Below, one piece after another: positions 7,990 through 15,403 of a stretch of 44,985 nucleotides of DNA. The notes beneath the pieces are model-generated. The model saw only the letters and a list, made by a program, of their open reading frames with translations. It was not told where the DNA came from and ran no database searches. A program made the translations under genes and the position numbers. Numbering within the stretch: position 1 is the stretch's first letter; the number at the start of each line of letters is the position of its first letter. The stretch covers positions 1-44,985 of the forward strand of contig CAXHFM010000002.1 in the NCBI GenBank assembly GCA_964016345.1, given 5' to 3'. The stretch is from an uncultured Candidatus Poseidoniales archaeon. Lineage in GTDB: Archaea; Thermoplasmatota; Poseidoniia; Poseidoniales; Thalassarchaeaceae.

Positions 7990-9246
7990 ATGGCACAGGG
8001 CGTGCGCGGAACCCGGGACTTCTACCCCGAGGACATGCGACTGAGAAACTGGCTATTCAACAGGTTCCATGAGGCATCCCTATCTCACGGGTTCGAGGAG
8101 TATGACGCTCCCATAATAGAGCATGAAGCCCTCTACACTAGGAAGCAGGGCGAGGAGATAACCCAACAGCTCTACAACTTCGAGGACAAGGGAGGCAGGA
8201 GAGTATCGCTGAGACCAGAGATGACCCCCTCTCTCGCAAGGATGGTAATGGCCAGGTCAGGAGCACTTCCCCTACCCATAAAGTGGTACTCAATTCCCCA
8301 GTGCTGGAGATATGAGAGGACTCAGAGGGGCAGAGGAAGAGAGCACTACCAGTGGAACGTCGATATATGGGGGATGGATGGCATCGAGGCTGATGCAGAG
8401 CTCCTTTCGGTAATGGTAAGCCTGTTCAGGAGCGTGGGCCTGACCTCTGAAGATGTGGTGATAAAGATCAGCAGCAGGAAGGTCCTCGAGGAAGTCCTAG
8501 GAGCTCTGGGAATAGTAGGGGAATCCTTCGCCAAGACTTGCGTCATTGTGGATAAGATGGACAAGCTACCAACCGAAGCCATCGCCACTCAGCTATCGGA
8601 CCTGGGATTGGATGATGACTCCATTTCTACAATCCAGTCAGTCCTTGGAATCACCAACCTTTCCGATCTGGGAGGGTCTCTTGATGCAGGAAGCACCGCG
8701 TCGAGTGAGCTTGAGTCACTTTTCTCACTGATTGACTCATACGGGATATCCGATTGGGTTCAGTTCGACGCGTCAATCGTCAGGGGCCTGGCATACTACA
8801 CTGGTCCCGTTTTTGAGGCTCATGACAGGTCTGGTAATCTCAGGGCCATATGTGGCGGGGGAAGGTACGACAAGTTGATCGGGACTCTTGGTGGAAAAGA
8901 CCTCCCTGCCACCGGGTTCGGCTTCGGCGACATGGTCATCATTGAGCTCTTGTCGGACAAGGGACTCCTTCCTGATATCTCATCAAGGGTCTCGGATGTG
9001 GTCTTCTGCATGGACGAGTCTCTCAGAGGGGCCGCGATGTCAGTGTCCTCGAAGCTCAGGGAGAGTGGGAGGAAGGTAGACTTAGTTCTCGAGAGCAAGA
9101 AGATGAAGTGGGTGTTCAAGCAAGCTGAGAGGACCGGAGCCGAGAGACTGGTCATGTTGATGCCTGACGAGTGGTCATCGGGTAAGGTCAGAATCAAGGA
9201 TCTGGACACAGGTGATGAGAGCGATGTCGCTTTCGAATCCCTCTAG
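7990..9246 (+). CDS. hisS: histidine--tRNA ligase
   Basis: The N-terminus GVRGTRDFYPEDM, the RPEMTP motif, GGGRYD and a C-terminal anticodon-binding-like domain are typical of class IIa HisRS. Confidence 0.95.
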   Translation: MAQGVRGTRDFYPEDMRLRNWLFNRFHEASLSHGFEEYDAPIIEHEALYTRKQGEEITQQLYNFEDKGGRRVSLRPEMTPSLARMVMARSGALPLPIKWYSIPQCWRYERTQRGRGREHYQWNVDIWGMDGIEADAELLSVMVSLFRSVGLTSEDVVIKISSRKVLEEVLGALGIVGESFAKTCVIVDKMDKLPTEAIATQLSDLGLDDDSISTIQSVLGITNLSDLGGSLDAGSTASSELESLFSLIDSYGISDWVQFDASIVRGLAYYTGPVFEAHDRSGNLRAICGGGRYDKLIGTLGGKDLPATGFGFGDMVIIELLSDKGLLPDISSRVSDVVFCMDESLRGAAMSVSSKLRESGRKVDLVLESKKMKWVFKQAERTGAERLVMLMPDEWSSGKVRIKDLDTGDESDVAFESL

Positions 9247-10064
9247 TCATCACGAGAGGATCTACTTGCTGCAACTGCAGCCATAGCAAGAGAACCTACT
9301 CCTGCTAGAAGGCCGAATCCTGGAACAGAGTCAGTTACGCCTCCAATGAGCCCACCATCGCCTTCCTCCTCCATGGGCATACTCTGGTTGACTATTGGGA
9401 ACTCAACTTCAGCCGCAGGGTTATCTGGGGTATGGTAGTACATCCTGAATGACCCCCCGCAAGTCCCCAGTATCCCGCAAATGAAATCACTGTATCCTGG
9501 GTGTGAGAACTCTACCTGAATTTGGGGTTCCTCACTTTTGTTGAATCTTGTCATGTTCTCGTTTATTGGAATCTCCCAATCTACAGAGTTTGTTGCACCA
9601 TTGGTAGCCACAGAGAGGAATTCCTCTTTGGCTATTTCAAATCCCCCTTTGAAGAACGTCAAAGTCAGATTCTTACACTGTGCATCGGTATCTTGACAAT
9701 CTGCGGTATCAATCTCAAACTCCAGGTGTAGACTGATTGTTCCATTCTCACTGTTGTACATATCCTGCTTGAATGACTCCATTCTACAAGTGTAGTCAAC
9801 CTCAACTCTTGCATTCTGTCCAGTCCATACTTTCTCTCCGTATCCATCAGCGGCAGAGCCACTGGTATCGTTTGAGTCAAAGTGCGTGAAGCAGTTTGAG
9901 AGATCATCAGAACCATAGACATACATCACAGGGTTCTCGAATGATGGTTGCCTAGGGTCAACAACAGCTTCCTGCGCCGCCACTGGAGCGCCCAAAGTTG
10001 ACAGAGCCATGAGAGCAACGAGTCCCACTGCCATCGTCACTCTCGCGTGTGCCATATGGTACAC
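9243..10064 (-). CDS. secreted protein of unknown function with a PGF-CTERM-type C-terminal sorting signal
   Basis: There is a signal peptide (MAVGLVALMALSTLGAPVAAQE). The C-terminus is VPGFGLLAGVGSLAMAAVAASRSSRDD: PGF, then a hydrophobic helix, then a basic tail. Confidence 0.6.
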   Translation of the reverse strand: MYHMAHARVTMAVGLVALMALSTLGAPVAAQEAVVDPRQPSFENPVMYVYGSDDLSNCFTHFDSNDTSGSAADGYGEKVWTGQNARVEVDYTCRMESFKQDMYNSENGTISLHLEFEIDTADCQDTDAQCKNLTLTFFKGGFEIAKEEFLSVATNGATNSVDWEIPINENMTRFNKSEEPQIQVEFSHPGYSDFICGILGTCGGSFRMYYHTPDNPAAEVEFPIVNQSMPMEEEGDGGLIGGVTDSVPGFGLLAGVGSLAMAAVAASRSSRDD

Positions 10065-10109
10065 CCGACATTCAACCGGTTTGAGACTTACCCTTGTCTG
10101 AGTGGGAAA

Positions 10110-11225
10110 TCAGTCGAATCTCTGGAAACCGCTTTCACTCGGTTTTCTACCTTTTCTGGCTATATTAAGGGCTTCTCCAAGCATATCTGCGCTCATCATC
10201 TCCTCATCGAGGCGCTTGTTGGCGACACCGGTTATTATCGACATCACCTTGATGGTGTCACCGAAGGCAGGATCCTGCCTCGCCCCGAAGATAACGTTGG
10301 CTTCAGGGGATAGCCTGGAGGTCATAAGATCACAGACCTGAGTAGCTTGCTCCATTGTCATGTATGGCCCTCCAGTCACGTGTATGAGGGCACCGGTTGC
10401 CCCCTCGATCTCTATGTCCAGTAACGGGTGGTTCAGAGACTCGTGAACGACCTCCTCTGGGCCTTGATCGCTCTCTCCGTAGAGCATCATGGTGACTCCA
10501 CCGTTCTTCATAATGCTCCTGACGTCAGCAAAGTCCAGATTGATGAGGCTGGGAAGTGTGATCGTCTCGACGACTCCCTTCACAATCTCAGCTATGAGCT
10601 GGTCCATGATACTGAACGCCTCGTCGAGAGGGAGATTGGGCACGAAGTGTAGTAGCCTGTTGTTGTCCAGGACCAGGACGGCGTCCGCCGTGCTCCTAAG
10701 CAGGTCAAGACCCTCCAGGGCCCGTTGCATCCTCTGACGCCTCTCAACTGTGAATGGAGTCGTCACAACTGCTACGACCAGAGCACCTGCTCTCTTCGCC
10801 TCCTCAGCGACGATCGGTGCGATACCAGTACCTGTGCCGCCACCGAGGCCGGCGGTGACGAAGACAAGATCAGCCCCATGTACGATCTTGCCAATTACGT
10901 CCCTGCCAGCCTCGGCGCAACGTCTTCCCATCACCGGGTCCCCCCCTGCACCGAGTCCCCTGGTGATGTGCCTGCCGACGAGCAACTTCTGCATCGCCCT
11001 AGTCAGGTCGAGATCTTGCTTGTCGGTATTGATAGCTACCGTAATCGCACCCTCGACCCCGATGTGTGTTATTCGATTCATGGTGTTGTTGCCCGAGCCC
11101 CCACAACCGCAGACCAGAATCCTTGGGTCCGGAGTTCCGAAGGATTCCAGCTCCCTGTCCGTAAGCGCAGTCTTCATCCTGCCCGAGGATGGCGAGGATG
11201 TCTGAGAATCAATGGCGCCTCTCAC
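10110..11225 (-). CDS. ftsZ: cell division GTPase FtsZ
   Basis: The tubulin signature GLGGGTGTGIAPIVAEEAKRAGALVVAVVTTPF and the N-terminal CGCGGSGNN are present. An alternative start is Met17 at 11177. Confidence 0.93.
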   Translation of the reverse strand: MRGAIDSQTSSPSSGRMKTALTDRELESFGTPDPRILVCGCGGSGNNTMNRITHIGVEGAITVAINTDKQDLDLTRAMQKLLVGRHITRGLGAGGDPVMGRRCAEAGRDVIGKIVHGADLVFVTAGLGGGTGTGIAPIVAEEAKRAGALVVAVVTTPFTVERRQRMQRALEGLDLLRSTADAVLVLDNNRLLHFVPNLPLDEAFSIMDQLIAEIVKGVVETITLPSLINLDFADVRSIMKNGGVTMMLYGESDQGPEEVVHESLNHPLLDIEIEGATGALIHVTGGPYMTMEQATQVCDLMTSRLSPEANVIFGARQDPAFGDTIKVMSIITGVANKRLDEEMMSADMLGEALNIARKGRKPSESGFQRFD

Positions 11226-11397
11226 TAATCATCCCCCGTGCATCCCCAGCATTGCTGCCTTACGAACGTGAGTTCCGATTCTTCGCATTCTTAAGTTTGA
11301 GGGGACAATGATGTCCCAAGGTGCCGGTTTATCAGACCAATGGGTAGGGCCGTTCTCCGGAAAGCGACATAAGGCAAAGGCCTCAGCGAAGCACGCG

Positions 11398-11502
11398 CCG
11401 CGCTTAGCTCAGTTGGCTAGAGCACCTGACTGTAGACTGGAAACACATTGGTTGTAGGCAGCCATCAGGGGGTCCCCGGTTCAAGTCCGGGAGCGCGGAC
11501 CA
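11398..11502 (+). tRNA. tRNA-Tyr(GTA) with a 28-nt canonical-position (37/38) intron and an encoded CCA
   Basis: I folded the cloverleaf by hand:
- Acceptor stem: CCGCGCT / AGCGCGG, with the C1:G72 pair typical of archaeal/eukaryal tRNA-Tyr.
- D arm: GCTC-AGTTGGCTA-GAGC.
- Anticodon stem: CCTGA / TCAGG, with loop CTGTAG(A) and anticodon GTA at 11432-11434.
- T arm: CCCGG-TTCAAGT-CCGGG.
- Discriminator A, then CCA at 11500-11502.
- Intron: 11436-11463, with a relaxed bulge-helix-bulge that can be drawn (central helix CUGU/GCAG; 3-nt bulges AGA and CCA). Confidence 0.9.
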
Positions 11503-11682
11503 CTAATCTCTTAGAAACTCCAATGTAATCGATAGTTTGGGAATTTTGAATGTCATAGAGTGACGACTTGTCTTGGGCGGATAGAGACTGTCTGAGAGTC
11601 CCATATCGACCACATCCCTCTTAGTAACAGATGAAATCCCACAATCCGGCCAGACATCCACGGATATTTCACTGCTATTCAG

Positions 11683-11925
11683 TTAATCAATACGGATGGC
11701 CATGACACGACTGAGGCCTAATAACTTCGCAGCTTTCCACTTGTGGTGACCGTCTGGGATTAACTTGGTAACAGAGTCTACAAGAATAGGCTTGTAGAAT
11801 CCCCTAGAAACTAGCTTGTTGAGTCTAGTATCTAGGTTGCTGGGAATTACCTCCTCATGTGGAAGAAGACTATCCAAAGGCTCCAAATCAAAGGTTCTGC
11901 CTCCCTCTTTCATGGTTTCGGACAT
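11683..11925 (-). CDS. stand-alone ParB/sulfiredoxin-like N-terminal domain protein (80 aa)
   Basis: PILVDSVTKLIPDGHHKWKAAKLLGLSRVMAIRID matches the DGHHR-type core of ParB-like nuclease domains. I chose the start at MSETMKEGG because the longer ORF-track version (to 12108) would overlap the L15e gene. Confidence 0.5.
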   Translation of the reverse strand: MSETMKEGGRTFDLEPLDSLLPHEEVIPSNLDTRLNKLVSRGFYKPILVDSVTKLIPDGHHKWKAAKLLGLSRVMAIRID

Positions 11926-11978
11926 GTGGGCAGGCTCATAAAGGAGACTTTGCTCGGCGAGCTGCTGGAGGTTCTCAC

Positions 11979-12566
11979 ATGGGCATTGCAAAGTACGTTC
12001 GCGAGACATGGAAGAAGCCCAAGGCTGGCATGCCAATGCTTCACCGCCGTGACAGAATGGCATCATGGAGGAAGGACCCAGTTTTCCAGCGCGTCCACCG
12101 CCCCACAAGGATAGACGCCGCTCGAAGGCTAGGCTACAAGGCCAAGCAAGGAGTTGTCATCGTCAGGACCAGAGTGAGGAGGGGAGGACTCAGGAAGGGC
12201 AAGATACACATGAAGAGGAAGCCTTCCAAGGCAGGTATCAAGAAGATCACTATGGCCAAGTCAATCCAGAGAATCGCAGAGGAGAGGGTCAGCAGGAGAT
12301 ATCCCAACCTAGAGGTTCTGAACTCATACTGGGTTGGAGAGGACGGGAAGAACAAGTTCTACGAAGTAATCCTTCTAGATCCGTCCCATCCATCCATAAT
12401 GGCCGACAAGGAGCTATCTTGGGTCTCTGATGGCAACAGCCACTCGGGTCGTGCCTTCAGGGGCAAGACCGGCGCAGGAAAGAGGGGACGAGGGTTGCTC
12501 AATAAGGGTAAGGGAGCAGAGAAGCTCCGCCCCAGCCTCAAGGCTAACAAGAACCGCGGTAAGTGA
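11979..12566 (+). CDS. rpl15e: 50S ribosomal protein L15e
   Basis: MGIAKYVRETWKKPK...RKDPVFQRVHRPTRIDAARRLGYKAKQGVVIVRTRVRRGG is the conserved L15e N-terminus. A GGAGGT Shine-Dalgarno sequence lies 8 nt upstream of ATG 11979. Confidence 0.93.
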   Translation: MGIAKYVRETWKKPKAGMPMLHRRDRMASWRKDPVFQRVHRPTRIDAARRLGYKAKQGVVIVRTRVRRGGLRKGKIHMKRKPSKAGIKKITMAKSIQRIAEERVSRRYPNLEVLNSYWVGEDGKNKFYEVILLDPSHPSIMADKELSWVSDGNSHSGRAFRGKTGAGKRGRGLLNKGKGAEKLRPSLKANKNRGK

Positions 12567-12868
12567 TTCCTTCTGCCGTCATATTGATTCGGTGTGATGC
12601 TCCCCCTCGTGCTGTGACGGACCTTCATGCCTCGGAAATCAGAGGTCTCCCTGTCATACTTCCCAGTGGAAGGCTACTGGGCACGGTGTACGACTGCTTC
12701 GTCAATACCGACGACTGGTCGTGTACCCACATCTTCGTATCAGACCCACCGGCCGATTTAGTAGAGGGGAGAACACACTTAGCAATACCATGGAAATGGG
12801 TTAGGTCAGTCAGTGACGTGGTTCTCCTGAGATGGTTTCCACCCACTCCTCTTCCCAAGAATCTTTGA
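12563..12868 (+). CDS. PRC-barrel domain protein
   Basis: ASEIRGLPVILPSGRLLGTVYDCFVNTDDWSCTHIFV...HLAIPWKWVRSVSDVVLL follows the PRC-barrel pattern. The GTG start overlaps the L15e stop. The exact start is uncertain. Confidence 0.55.
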   Translation: MIPSAVILIRCDAPPRAVTDLHASEIRGLPVILPSGRLLGTVYDCFVNTDDWSCTHIFVSDPPADLVEGRTHLAIPWKWVRSVSDVVLLRWFPPTPLPKNL

Positions 12869-12924
12869 CTTTCCAATGAGCGTATCGGCGATATGATTCA
12901 AAAGGGGAACGACGACGCTAAACT

Positions 12925-15321
12925 GTGCGGACTACGACGATATTGACTCTGAGCGTCTTGTTGATGGCCACCTGCTCCCCCCTTGTCAATGCAGATACAA
13001 AGGGAGTGATAATCTGTGCCGGTGCTGATATAGAAATGATGCCAGCTAACTGGGAGATTCAGGATCAGGCTTGCGTGAGAGTGGATCTCGGGGTTCTTCA
13101 GCAGGGAGAAACCCTCTCCTTCGATATCTCTACTGACTCCGGGGTGGATATACTGCTATTCTCATCAAACGCTATCACTGTCTACCAGAATGAGCAGTCA
13201 TACAGGAGCGACTCAGTATGGGAGAGCGACTCTGTCTTCGAGGAATTCAATGGCTCTGGAGACTGGCACTGGACCGTCCCATCTGACAGGGATCCAACAC
13301 GCTGGTACATGATCGTGGACAATCTCGCGCACCCTCAAGATTCTGGTTCAGGGGATCAAGGAGGTTCTGGCGCATCGGTGACTCTGGATGTAGCGAAAAT
13401 AGTTCCAGAACCATTCACCCTGGTGGATACCATAGTCAGACTGGATTCCGGAGAGAGCTCAGTACTTTATGGCCCCTTCTCGATGGACGAGGGGACTCAA
13501 GTTAACATCGAAGTGAGTACCATGGAAGGTGCTCCAGATGTATTCCTGATGAATCAGGATCAAGTCGATCTGTATAATTCAGGAGGTACAGCGGCCGCAC
13601 GTATACAAGGAACAGATATGCTTCTTGTCACATCTAGTCGGGACATAGTCTGGACGGTCCCGTCGTCGTTAGATGGAACAAATCTGTATCTAGTCGTTGA
13701 CAACAGACCTGGCCCTTCTGGTGGAGGAGCTGGCACACTGTCAATAGCCTCCACAGTAGTACTGAGCTTAACTCCCATCATGGACCCAACAATAACTGGG
13801 ATCCCGTCCTCTGGAATCGTGGATGTGGGCAATGAGATAACACTAGACGCGTCTGATACTCCAAATCAATCGAATCAGATCTCAGAGTCGGGATACTCAT
13901 GGGACACTAATGGGGATGGATTCAATGATAACTCCGGAGCATCATTCAACATCAGCTGGCCCGAGCCAAGCAACCTAACCATCAGGCTCTCAGTAGTGGG
14001 GATCGATGGAAGGAGTACTAGTGTGTATGAGGAAATAAGAGTCGAGGATATATCTCCTCCTTCAGTGGACATTTCCGTCGATGGTATTCTCGAGAGAGCG
14101 TTCAATGAGGATATCGTAATCATTGCCTCCTTCGAAGATAACTGGGGAATTTCCGTGGTGGAGTGGATAGTAGATGGAATAGTAATCTCAGAGTCCACAT
14201 CCGACTTTGACTCTGCGAAGACTTTCTCACATGTTTTCCAATCAGGAGAAGAATCAGGAATCCACTTGGTCACTCTGAGGGTCACAGATCTCTCTGGAAT
14301 GATTGCGGAAGATACCGCATCCATCCAAGTTTTCGACTCGTCCCCACCTATCGAAGGAGATTATGATGATTCCCAGAACTCCGTTGTCGGTGAGATGATA
14401 ACTCTAGAGGTACCATTTGAGGACGATGAATCTGAGAATATTTACTACTCCTGGGACTTCGATGCCCTTCTGGACTCAGATGGCGATGGCGACGAGGATA
14501 ATGACGAGGATGCTGTCGGACGTACAGTTTCACATGTATTCGATAATTCAGGTGTTTACAGAGTGATTTGCAGAGCTCAGAATGATGAGGGCCTAGTATC
14601 TGAGGCTGAGATTCTAGTATCAGTTACGTTGACTTCTGGAGACGATGAATTTGGTATGACCGAGATTCTGATGGCTGTGGCGGCTCTGATATTACTGGCT
14701 ATCATATCATTCGTCCTTTACCTCAGAATCGCCTCCAACAGAAGAATGTCAGCATTATTGGCAGAAGAGGAAAAATCCGATGATGGTCAGGAATCTCAGC
14801 CAATGGAAATCTCGGTGGAGGACCAGAAGGCAATGTGGGGGGGTAGTGGTACCGTTTCCACCTCCTCCCCTCCTCAGAGTTTTGGGGCAATAGGGAGTGG
14901 TATGTCGGGTTCCATCTCTCCAGATTCAGAGACCTCCTCATTAGATCTCAGCGATGAGGAGTTTGATGAGCTTCTATCAGAACCTAGTACAACGAAGGCT
15001 AACAATCGAGCTGATGATCTCCTGAGTGCGTTCCAAGACGATGACGAAGAAATAGATACCGAAGAGAGTATCGTGGAATACTCCTTTCCAGAAGATGACT
15101 TAGGTGAGGAAGACACTGCTAACGAAGTAAACCCGGCTAAGGTTTTCGAGATAGTCCAGGAAGAACCGGAACTAGAGTCTGACAAGGGCCAGATTAGGAC
15201 CGTAAGGAGCGAGTGCTCCTCCTGTGTAAAGATGTTCGAAGTAGATCTGCCAGAAGGCGTCGATAGAGCAAGGACTGCCTGCCCGCACTGTGGCTCAATC
15301 GAGTCAATAGCCCTTGAGTGA
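12925..15321 (+). CDS. type I membrane surface protein
   Basis: From N- to C-terminus:
- A GTG start and signal peptide (ILTLSVLLMATCSPLVNA).
- Two duplicated modules sharing the D[IV]xL[FM]...WTVPS...Y[ML][IV]VDN pattern.
- About three PKD-like domains, with motifs YSWDTNGDG...IRLSVVGIDGRS and YYSWDFD...VSHVFDNSGVYRVICRAQNDEG.
- A TM helix, ILMAVAALILLAIISFVLYL.
- An acidic cytoplasmic tail of about 200 aa.
- A C-terminal CxxC-x18-CxxC zinc ribbon (CSSC...CPHC). Confidence 0.75.
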   Translation: MRTTTILTLSVLLMATCSPLVNADTKGVIICAGADIEMMPANWEIQDQACVRVDLGVLQQGETLSFDISTDSGVDILLFSSNAITVYQNEQSYRSDSVWESDSVFEEFNGSGDWHWTVPSDRDPTRWYMIVDNLAHPQDSGSGDQGGSGASVTLDVAKIVPEPFTLVDTIVRLDSGESSVLYGPFSMDEGTQVNIEVSTMEGAPDVFLMNQDQVDLYNSGGTAAARIQGTDMLLVTSSRDIVWTVPSSLDGTNLYLVVDNRPGPSGGGAGTLSIASTVVLSLTPIMDPTITGIPSSGIVDVGNEITLDASDTPNQSNQISESGYSWDTNGDGFNDNSGASFNISWPEPSNLTIRLSVVGIDGRSTSVYEEIRVEDISPPSVDISVDGILERAFNEDIVIIASFEDNWGISVVEWIVDGIVISESTSDFDSAKTFSHVFQSGEESGIHLVTLRVTDLSGMIAEDTASIQVFDSSPPIEGDYDDSQNSVVGEMITLEVPFEDDESENIYYSWDFDALLDSDGDGDEDNDEDAVGRTVSHVFDNSGVYRVICRAQNDEGLVSEAEILVSVTLTSGDDEFGMTEILMAVAALILLAIISFVLYLRIASNRRMSALLAEEEKSDDGQESQPMEISVEDQKAMWGGSGTVSTSSPPQSFGAIGSGMSGSISPDSETSSLDLSDEEFDELLSEPSTTKANNRADDLLSAFQDDDEEIDTEESIVEYSFPEDDLGEEDTANEVNPAKVFEIVQEEPELESDKGQIRTVRSECSSCVKMFEVDLPEGVDRARTACPHCGSIESIALE

Positions 15322-15403
15322 GCAATTCTGAGCACGACTCAACCGTTTATTTTGATAATCATGAGGGGCAATACCCTTTAGCGCTCCTCTTTGAGGTCCG
15401 AGC

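Noticed and set aside
7790-8044. An 84-aa Cys/His-rich ORF (HCQSHAGTSRNGHCNPHCHSRMGCGDHRCG) looks at first like a metal-binding peptide.
   Set aside because: It overlaps the hisS start by 55 nt in another frame and has an Arg/Pro/Gly-rich shadow-frame composition. It also competes with a more protein-like 39-aa TM ORF in the same gap. I could not support it as a gene.
10725-11228. Two long plus-strand ORFs (167 and 151 aa) lie opposite ftsZ.
   Set aside because: This is a GC-rich region, which naturally lacks stops on the antisense strand. The products are Pro/Ala/Ser/Arg-rich with no motifs. ftsZ on the minus strand is unambiguous.
11859-11978. A 40-aa N-terminal extension of L15e appears in the ORF track. 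The matching extension of the minus-strand ParB-like ORF runs to 12108.
   Set aside because: The conserved L15e N-terminus begins at MGIAKY (ATG 11979), which is preceded by GGAGGT. The two long versions would overlap each other head-to-head by 250 nt.
11398-12108. A tRNA gene followed by a ParB-like gene could mark the edge of an integrated mobile element.
   Set aside because: I could find no integrase, no direct repeat of the tRNA 3' end, and no phage or plasmid genes. The downstream genes are core housekeeping genes (L15e).
12065-12430. A 121-aa Arg/Glu-rich ORF lies in an alternative frame of the L15e gene.
   Set aside because: It is a same-strand shadow frame of a Lys/Arg-rich ribosomal protein gene and has no independent support.
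7800-12600. There is an apparent GC-richer block (hisS, ftsZ, L15e region) compared with the AT-richer 15-45 kb. This hints at an island or a chimeric join.
   Set aside because: This is based only on eyeballing a handful of 60-nt lines (about 55-68% versus about 35-50% GC). I did not compute a sliding-window profile. Highly expressed core genes often differ in composition. It needs a real GC and tetranucleotide calculation and a read-mapping check before any claim can be made.
14874-15335. A 153-aa Ser-rich minus-strand ORF lies opposite the acidic tail of the PKD protein.
   Set aside because: The antisense of Asp/Glu-rich coding sequence yields Ser/Leu/Ile runs without stops, so this is a shadow frame.
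15346-15353. TTTATTTT lies between the PKD gene and the giant orphan gene and could be a promoter TATA box.
   Set aside because: It is ambiguous. It lies 25 nt after the upstream stop, so it could equally be an oligo-T terminator. It is also about 50 nt before ATG 15404. I cannot decide from sequence alone, so it is not listed as a feature.
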